Positions 59,146-64,000 of a stretch of 64,000 nt of DNA are shown here, piece after piece. The DNA lies in contig CAWAOD010000014.1 of the NCBI GenBank assembly GCA_963783575.1, forward strand, positions 464,002-528,001, read 5' to 3'. The first letter of the stretch is position 1. The number at the start of each line of letters is the position of its first letter. The DNA is from an uncultured Spirochaetota bacterium (GTDB taxonomy: Bacteria; Spirochaetota; Brevinematia; Brevinematales; JAOACQ01). A program made the translations under genes and the position numbers. Below the pieces are notes generated by a model. It worked only from the letters and a program-made list of their open reading frames with translations. It did no database searches and was not told where the DNA came from.

Positions 59146-60339
59146 ATGCCGGTATTTGAGGTTTCAGAATATCAAAGCAGAATTCAAAAATTTCAGAAAA
59201 TTATGAGTGAAAATAATATTAAACTCGCTGTATTTAACCAGAATGCCGATCTTTTTTATTTCACCGGTTCGGTTCAGCCACTGTATTTATTAATTCCCGC
59301 GGCAGGGAAACCAGCAGTTTCCGCCAGGAAAGCAGTCAAACGTATTAAAGAAGAAGCAGGATTCATTGACCTGGAATTTTTTAACAATTCAAAAGATCTG
59401 TTTAAGATCTTAGGCAAATTCAATGTCAGAAAAGGTGAAAAGATCGGATTCACTTATGATACGACAAGTTTTGCTACCGTCAGCAGGATACTTCAATATT
59501 TTCCGGAAGCAGAAAGTACTGATATTTCCTGGGAATCCAGGTTTTTAAGGTGTATAAAATCCCCCTCAGAAATTGGATATATTAAAGAAGCCGGCAATGT
59601 TATAAAAAAATTACCGGAACTTGTTATGTCGCATTTTAAGCCCGGAATGACCGAATTGGAATTAAGCGTTGTAATAGAATCCTTCCTGCGTTTAAACGGA
59701 GACGGCGGTATTCATAACCGCCAGGAAGCCGTGAGGCTTCTTGCCGGACTTTGCTCATCAGGTGTGAACAGCCTTACAGGTTCCAAGTTTGACGGTATTT
59801 GCGGAGGCGCCGGCATATCGCCAGTAACCCCTTACGGCGCTAGTATGACACGTATTGAAAAAAATATACCGGTTATAATTGATTACGCATTCTCATCAAA
59901 CGGTTATCATGTAGACCAGACAAGGATGTTCAGCTGGGGGAAACCGTCTGACACGGTTTTAAAAGCATATAATGCAATGCTTAAAGTTGAGGAAGCCGTA
60001 TTCGAAAGTTTGAAACCCGGTACAACCTGGACTTCCGTATATGAAAAATCTCTGAAGAAGGCCGAAGAATTGGGTTATGCGGAAATCTTTATGGGTTTGG
60101 GACAGGAGAAAGTCAAATTTGTTGGACATGGAGTAGGCCTTGAACTCGACGAACCGCCATTATTAGCCCCGAAAATGGATTACACCATTGAGAAAGGAAT
60201 GGTCATAGCCATTGAACCAAAAGTAGCAATTCCGGATACCGGAATAATCGGTATTGAGGATACTGTTATTATAGGGGAAAACGGAATTGAAAACATCACG
60301 GATTGCCCGAACGACTGGCTGGTTTTCGAAGAGGCATGA
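59146..60339 (+). CDS. M24 Xaa-Pro peptidase family protein
   Basis: IKSPSEI, DY...GYHVDQTR, GHGVGLELDE, IEPK, GIEDT. Confidence 0.92.
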   Translation: MPVFEVSEYQSRIQKFQKIMSENNIKLAVFNQNADLFYFTGSVQPLYLLIPAAGKPAVSARKAVKRIKEEAGFIDLEFFNNSKDLFKILGKFNVRKGEKIGFTYDTTSFATVSRILQYFPEAESTDISWESRFLRCIKSPSEIGYIKEAGNVIKKLPELVMSHFKPGMTELELSVVIESFLRLNGDGGIHNRQEAVRLLAGLCSSGVNSLTGSKFDGICGGAGISPVTPYGASMTRIEKNIPVIIDYAFSSNGYHVDQTRMFSWGKPSDTVLKAYNAMLKVEEAVFESLKPGTTWTSVYEKSLKKAEELGYAEIFMGLGQEKVKFVGHGVGLELDEPPLLAPKMDYTIEKGMVIAIEPKVAIPDTGIIGIEDTVIIGENGIENITDCPNDWLVFEEA

Positions 60340-60565
60340 TTCCCCCAACCCCTCCTACCCTTCGATGAACTCAGGGACCAAGGAGGGGTTCACTGAAAAA
60401 TGAGTTAAGATTTGATAACTATTACCGACCGTTTCTAATTGCATTAATAACTCATTGTTATAAAATAGGATAGGATGCCAATAAAACATTGTTTATTAAA
60501 CATTTTAATATTTATGCTGATTTTCAGTAAACCCAAGGACGGGAGTTTAGTTGGAGTGAGGTATT

Positions 60566-62317
60566 ATGAAAAAAATATTATTCTGTTGTTTCTTAATGAT
60601 GATAGGAATTGCTTGCCATGGCGAGAATATTTCAAACAAAATTTCCGATCCCGGGGAAAAAACATATGTCAATCCCATTTTTGATAATTCAGAAGATGCA
60701 TCCGGTCATTTCGATATGAGCGAAATTATTGTCTATGGTTTTTCACATGATGGTCCCGATGAAGATGATCCCCAGGTTTATGAGAAGCTCATCCCGGATA
60801 TGGGGATGCGTTTATGGCATGCCGGCTGGGGAGACTCCACTCCGGCTTCAAGATATAATTTAGAATTTTTAAACAAATGCCGCAAAAAAAACATTGTTTT
60901 CATGGGAGGCCTGAATGGATCCTCGCTTTACAGAAGTGATGCTGATGATGAAAGAGAATTTCAAGACTGGTCAACGCTGGATGCGGAAGGAAATCCTGTC
61001 GTGCATACAGAATTGGATAACAGCTATAATAAAAATATGCGGAGAGCTTCTATAGCAAATCCGAAATACCGAGAGCATCTTATGAAAAAAATCCGGATGC
61101 AGATTGATCTGGGAGCGGATGGGATAGTCATTGATGAGGCCGATGCCGACGGGTATTATGGCAGCAGTAAATATCATTTTAATGGAAATGAAGGTTTTGA
61201 TGATTATTTTATTGCCGACTTTAATCTTTATCTAATGAATAAGTATCCGGATTATCATAAAGAGGACTGGATTAATAAGTTTAAAATGACAGGGGACAAT
61301 ATCATCAAATCCGATGTACCATATAATGATCTGAAAAATAATTTTAATTACAGAAAATATCTTCAGGATCATGACTGGGCTACAGATCCCAGAAACAGAG
61401 GCTGGGGCGGAAAAAATTGCTCTGCTAACCCCCTGGCGAAAGAATGGGGAAATTTCCCCGCTTCGTCGCGTCTTGTCTTAGACGATCCTGATTTTCTTAA
61501 TAAAGCCATACGGCTTTACTGGAAGGAGATCGTACTGGAGATACGAAAATACGCGAGGGAAAAATATAACAAGGAAATCATAGTTACAGCCAATGGGATC
61601 TTTCCTTATGTGGATATGAACCAGTTCGGACTGTGGAACTATAATCAGGATGACAATGGCAAAGAAGCTGATTATATGCCTGTGACAGGTGACGGCCATC
61701 TGAATGGCTCAAAATCCTTAATGAAAATATTCAAGTCTCTTTACCGGAGAAACCGTGATGTCGCGGGTAATGTCCCGATGGTCCTGTTTCTGGATTGGCC
61801 GACAAAATTCATCGGCGATTACTACAAATTATCCATTCCGGAAAAGGAAGATTTCTGGCAAATATATGTACCTGAGGCTTATGCCTGCGGATTGTTTTAC
61901 GCTTTTCACCTGAGGACATGTTATAACGTTGAACCGAGTGCGACACAATCCGGCGTGATTGATTTTATGTCACAGTATGCCCAATTTTACAAAAATAATA
62001 AGGAAATTTATAAAAACGCGGTTGACGCCGATATAAGCGCAGCTGTCAGTGCTGAAAATGTAGAATATAACATAATGAAACAGATTTCTAAAAAGCGATT
62101 CCTGGTGCACCTTATCAATCATAATTACAATAAGCGGATTGTTCCAAAATCCGGTTTTACAGTCACCGTTAATACTGAAATTGTGCCTGTATCCATCCAG
62201 TTGGTTTCTCCGGATCTTAAAGAAATGCAGAATGTGGAATTTTCATGCTCTAACAGCCAGGTGGTTATGAATATTAAATCCATTAAATACTATAACATAT
62301 TGTTAATAAATTGGTAA
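60566..62317 (+). CDS. Exported glycoside-hydrolase-like protein of unknown family
   Basis: Signal peptide; SIANPKYR...GADGIVIDE TIM-barrel-like motif; C-terminal VHLINHNY beta domain. Confidence 0.55.
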   Translation: MKKILFCCFLMMIGIACHGENISNKISDPGEKTYVNPIFDNSEDASGHFDMSEIIVYGFSHDGPDEDDPQVYEKLIPDMGMRLWHAGWGDSTPASRYNLEFLNKCRKKNIVFMGGLNGSSLYRSDADDEREFQDWSTLDAEGNPVVHTELDNSYNKNMRRASIANPKYREHLMKKIRMQIDLGADGIVIDEADADGYYGSSKYHFNGNEGFDDYFIADFNLYLMNKYPDYHKEDWINKFKMTGDNIIKSDVPYNDLKNNFNYRKYLQDHDWATDPRNRGWGGKNCSANPLAKEWGNFPASSRLVLDDPDFLNKAIRLYWKEIVLEIRKYAREKYNKEIIVTANGIFPYVDMNQFGLWNYNQDDNGKEADYMPVTGDGHLNGSKSLMKIFKSLYRRNRDVAGNVPMVLFLDWPTKFIGDYYKLSIPEKEDFWQIYVPEAYACGLFYAFHLRTCYNVEPSATQSGVIDFMSQYAQFYKNNKEIYKNAVDADISAAVSAENVEYNIMKQISKKRFLVHLINHNYNKRIVPKSGFTVTVNTEIVPVSIQLVSPDLKEMQNVEFSCSNSQVVMNIKSIKYYNILLINW

Positions 62318-62338
62318 ATAAACTAAGCTCAGTGCAAG

Positions 62339-62452
62339 CGCTGCGGGGTATTGACAGTCTATTCGTTATTCTGAGCCTTTCGAGTAATTAGAGCCCCGGG
62401 ATAATCTCCGTAAACTGCGGGGACCATACCCGGGTCAAGCGTCACGCTTGTT
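62339..62452. repeat. Uninterrupted copy of the composite repeat
   Basis: GCTGCGGGGTATT-GACAGTCTATTCGTTATTCTGAGCC...CGGGATAATCTCCGTAAACTGCGGGGA...GGTCAAGCGTCACGCTTGTT. Confidence 0.8.
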
Positions 62453-62492
62453 AAATATTCAGGCTGGAATAAAAAAGTTTAGCAGGGTATGA

Positions 62493-63194
62493 ATGGAAAT
62501 TAACATTATAAATATGGGAACCGTAGAATATCAGGAAGCCCTGAACCTGCAGGAATATTTACTGGAAAAAAGGCAGAAGGATCAAATCAACGACACACTG
62601 ATTCTCCTGGAACATCCGCCAGTAATCACCCTTGGCAGAAGGGGAAAAGAATCGAACATACTCGCAGGTAAAGACTTTCTTGAAAGCCGGGGTGTAAAAG
62701 TTTATAATATCAGCCGCGGCGGCGATGTAACATATCATGGCCCGGGCCAGATTACAGGATACATAATAATGGACTTAAAAAAGTCAGGCGGCGACATAAG
62801 GAAATTTGTCGGTAAAATTCAGGATGTTTTCATAGAATTACTAATGAATGAATTTGAAATAAACGCGCATTCTGGTGAAAATACCTACACCGGTGTCTGG
62901 GTTGATAATGAAAAAATCACGGCCATAGGAATTTCCGTCCATCATGGAGTGACAATGCATGGATTCGCTTTTAATGTAAACACAAACCTTGATCATTTTA
63001 AATGGATAAACCCCTGCGGAATCACCGATAAAGGAGTTACATCCCTTAAGAAACTGACCGGTAAAGAACAGGATATAAATTACATTAAAGAACTGGCAAC
63101 CAGGTATTTCTGCAAAGTTTTCGATAAAAAACCGGTAATAATTCCGTCTTCGGAAATCAAGGATTTAAACCCTATAAACCGGGGCTTAATATGA
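62493..63194 (+). CDS. lipB: Lipoyl(octanoyl) transferase
   Basis: [36 protein letters not shown]. Confidence 0.96.
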   Translation: MEINIINMGTVEYQEALNLQEYLLEKRQKDQINDTLILLEHPPVITLGRRGKESNILAGKDFLESRGVKVYNISRGGDVTYHGPGQITGYIIMDLKKSGGDIRKFVGKIQDVFIELLMNEFEINAHSGENTYTGVWVDNEKITAIGISVHHGVTMHGFAFNVNTNLDHFKWINPCGITDKGVTSLKKLTGKEQDINYIKELATRYFCKVFDKKPVIIPSSEIKDLNPINRGLI

Positions 63195-64000
63195 ATAATC
63201 CGAAACCGGACTGGTTAAAGGTCAGAATAAAAGCCGGTGGTGAATTACAGGAAGTTGAAAGCTTAATTTCCCGCCTGTCGCTGAATACAGTGTGTTCAGA
63301 GGCCAACTGCCCTAACCGGATGGAATGCTTCAGCCTGAAAACTGCGGCTTTTTTGATAATGGGAAATATCTGCACAAGAAACTGCGCCTTCTGCAATGTC
63401 GGGAAAGGCAGCCCTTTTCCGTTAAATCGGGATGAACCTGATTCGATTGCTCTTGCCGTTAAAGAATTAAAGCTTAAGCATGCGGTTATTACATCCGTAA
63501 CACGGGATGATTTACCCGACGGAGGAGCCATTCACTTTACATCGGTTATTTATAAAATTAAATCGCTTATTCCTGAGACAACTATCGAAGTTCTTATACC
63601 CGATTTTAAAGGAAATCGTGAAGCACTTAAATTAGTAATTCAGGCAAAACCCGATATTCTGAACCACAATATTGAAACAGTTCCGAGGCTTTACCCGGAA
63701 GTCCGTCCGATGTCGGATTATGCCAGATCGCTTGAATTATTAAAGAACGCTAAAGAAATCGATGCCGGTATTCACACTAAATCCGGGATTATGGGTGGAA
63801 TGGGAGAAAAAGAGAACGAGATTATAGAAGTGATGAAAGATTTGAGGAATTCAGGCTGCGATATGCTTACAATCGGACAATACCTCGCCCCTTCTAAAAA
63901 GCACCACCCGGTAATCGAATATATACATCCTGATATTTTTGAAAAATATAAAACCATCGGTTATGAGATGGGGTTTATTCATGTGTCTTCGGCGCCGCTG
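63191..64000 (+). CDS. lipA: Lipoyl synthase, partial (runs off the right edge)
   Basis: Manual translation [10 protein letters not shown]...[48 protein letters not shown]. Confidence 0.96.
   Translation, partial: MNNPKPDWLKVRIKAGGELQEVESLISRLSLNTVCSEANCPNRMECFSLKTAAFLIMGNICTRNCAFCNVGKGSPFPLNRDEPDSIALAVKELKLKHAVITSVTRDDLPDGGAIHFTSVIYKIKSLIPETTIEVLIPDFKGNREALKLVIQAKPDILNHNIETVPRLYPEVRPMSDYARSLELLKNAKEIDAGIHTKSGIMGGMGEKENEIIEVMKDLRNSGCDMLTIGQYLAPSKKHHPVIEYIHPDIFEKYKTIGYEMGFIHVSSAPL

Noticed and set aside
557..63957. The many 60-200 aa ORFs overlapping larger genes
   Set aside because: Antisense or off-frame shadows of well-supported CDSs.
1..64000. CRISPR array, cas genes, prophage or recognisable defence system
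   Set aside because: No regularly spaced repeat-spacer array; periodic DNA is explained by the LRR and WG coding repeats; no cas, phage or integrase motifs seen.

Overview
AT-rich bacterial chromosomal segment, most likely from a spirochaete (two FlaB-type periplasmic flagellins carrying the [11 protein letters not shown] motif). It is mostly housekeeping and metabolic genes: htpG, tRNA-Pro(CGG), clpA, dinB, rpiB, paaK with a liv-type ABC operon, clpS, lspA, flaB x2, recG, an RsbW/STAS pair, a KimA-like APC permease, metH, aat, lipB and lipA. It also has xylan-type CAZymes (CE7, GH8, GH43) and c-di-GMP proteins (EAL, HD-GYP, a stand-alone MshEN-like protein, a degenerate GGDEF-like protein). 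A small accessory patch (about 13.6-19.7 kb) holds an IS1182-family and an IS1380-family element around two MFS genes, one decayed. Three things stand out. (1) One flagellin gene is flanked by 12-bp inverted repeats, with an orphan sigma28-type promoter outside one repeat and an anti-Shine-Dalgarno sequence outside the other: a candidate invertible flagellin switch, or alternatively an antisense RNA circuit. (2) An IS1182 element and a 99-bp MITE with the same ends are both inserted at the same position in the loop of a REP-like repeat, inside nested repeat mosaics. (3) An asymmetric palindrome, TCAAGC-N5-GCTTGTT, recurs in intergenic DNA. Several single-base frameshifts in homopolymers are probably long-read errors. 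All family assignments come from motif recognition by eye; no database searches were run.
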